Assembly: GCF_001457615.1 (NCBI RefSeq)
Contig: NZ_LN831024.1
Coordinates: 270,001 to 302,000, forward strand
Length of the DNA stretch: 32,000 nt
DNA from: Pseudomonas aeruginosa
GTDB lineage: Bacteria; Pseudomonadota; Gammaproteobacteria; Pseudomonadales; Pseudomonadaceae
Direction: 5' to 3'
Below are positions 31,869 through 32,000 of the stretch, in pieces; position 1 is the stretch's first letter, and each line of letters opens with the position of its first letter. The position numbers were made by a program, and so were the translations under genes. The notes under the pieces are model-generated. The model did not search any database. It saw only the letters and a program-made list of their open reading frames with translations, and was not told where the DNA came from.

Positions 31869-32000
31869 TTACTTGCGATCCGCAGCGATGCGCTGGCGGA
31901 TGTGATCGGCGCGGGCCTGGGAGCCCGGGTGCGAATCGAACATGCTGCTGTCGCCGCCGCCCAGCTTGGCCAGCTTCTCGAAGGCGGTGACCAAGCCCTG
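31869..32000 (-). CDS. C-terminal 43 codons of a gene running off the window end (possibly an M48-type Zn-peptidase-like protein)
   Basis: Absent from the ORF track. Hand translation of the minus strand gives QGLVTAFEKLAKLGGGDSSMFDSHPGSQARADHIRQRIAADRK*. The S-H-P-x-x-x-x-R motif near the end resembles M48 peptidase C-termini. That it is coding is likely; the family call is weak. Confidence 0.45.
   Translation of the reverse strand, partial: QGLVTAFEKLAKLGGGDSSMFDSHPGSQARADHIRQRIAADRK

Overview
This is a high-GC, Pseudomonas aeruginosa-type chromosomal segment. The flanks are ordinary core genes. From memory, their order matches PAO1 PA0244-PA0277. On the left: aroE-like/aroQ, MFS, pobA-pobR, GNAT, CBS, SUFU-like, lipoprotein, hudR-hudA and DUF1275. 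On the right: gabD-gabT, receiver-HDOD, a MocR regulator with an AhpD-like/cupin/ABM operon, LysR, MFS, Crp/Fnr and DUF962. Between them, at about 11.76-19.22 kb, lies a ~7.5-kb AT-rich mosaic islet that abuts the 3' end of tRNA-Arg(CCG) and has no integrase. It contains three modules. (i) A colicin-M-type pyocin (289 aa, DxYDx5HR) with a 4-TM immunity gene. (ii) A decayed IS256-family transposase remnant, cut by an intact 1,243-bp IS3/IS407-group element that has no target-site duplication and an uninterrupted orfAB. (iii) An orphan ~911-aa Hsp70/actin-fold ATPase with a displaced phosphate-1 motif and ~460 aa of C-terminal sequence I cannot assign, carrying its own promoter-overlapping palindrome and terminator hairpin. 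The third module is my best candidate for an undescribed defence or conflict system, but that rests on motifs and context only. A DUF4347/CHAT-like His-Cys protein sits on the GC-rich edge of the islet. I saw no CRISPR array, rRNA or phage structural genes. Two caveats apply. Many long ORFs in the supplied track are antisense or off-frame shadows of high-GC genes. Two genes truncated by the window edges (1-704 and 31869-32000) are missing from the track and were found by hand translation. All family assignments come from motif recognition by eye, not from database searches.
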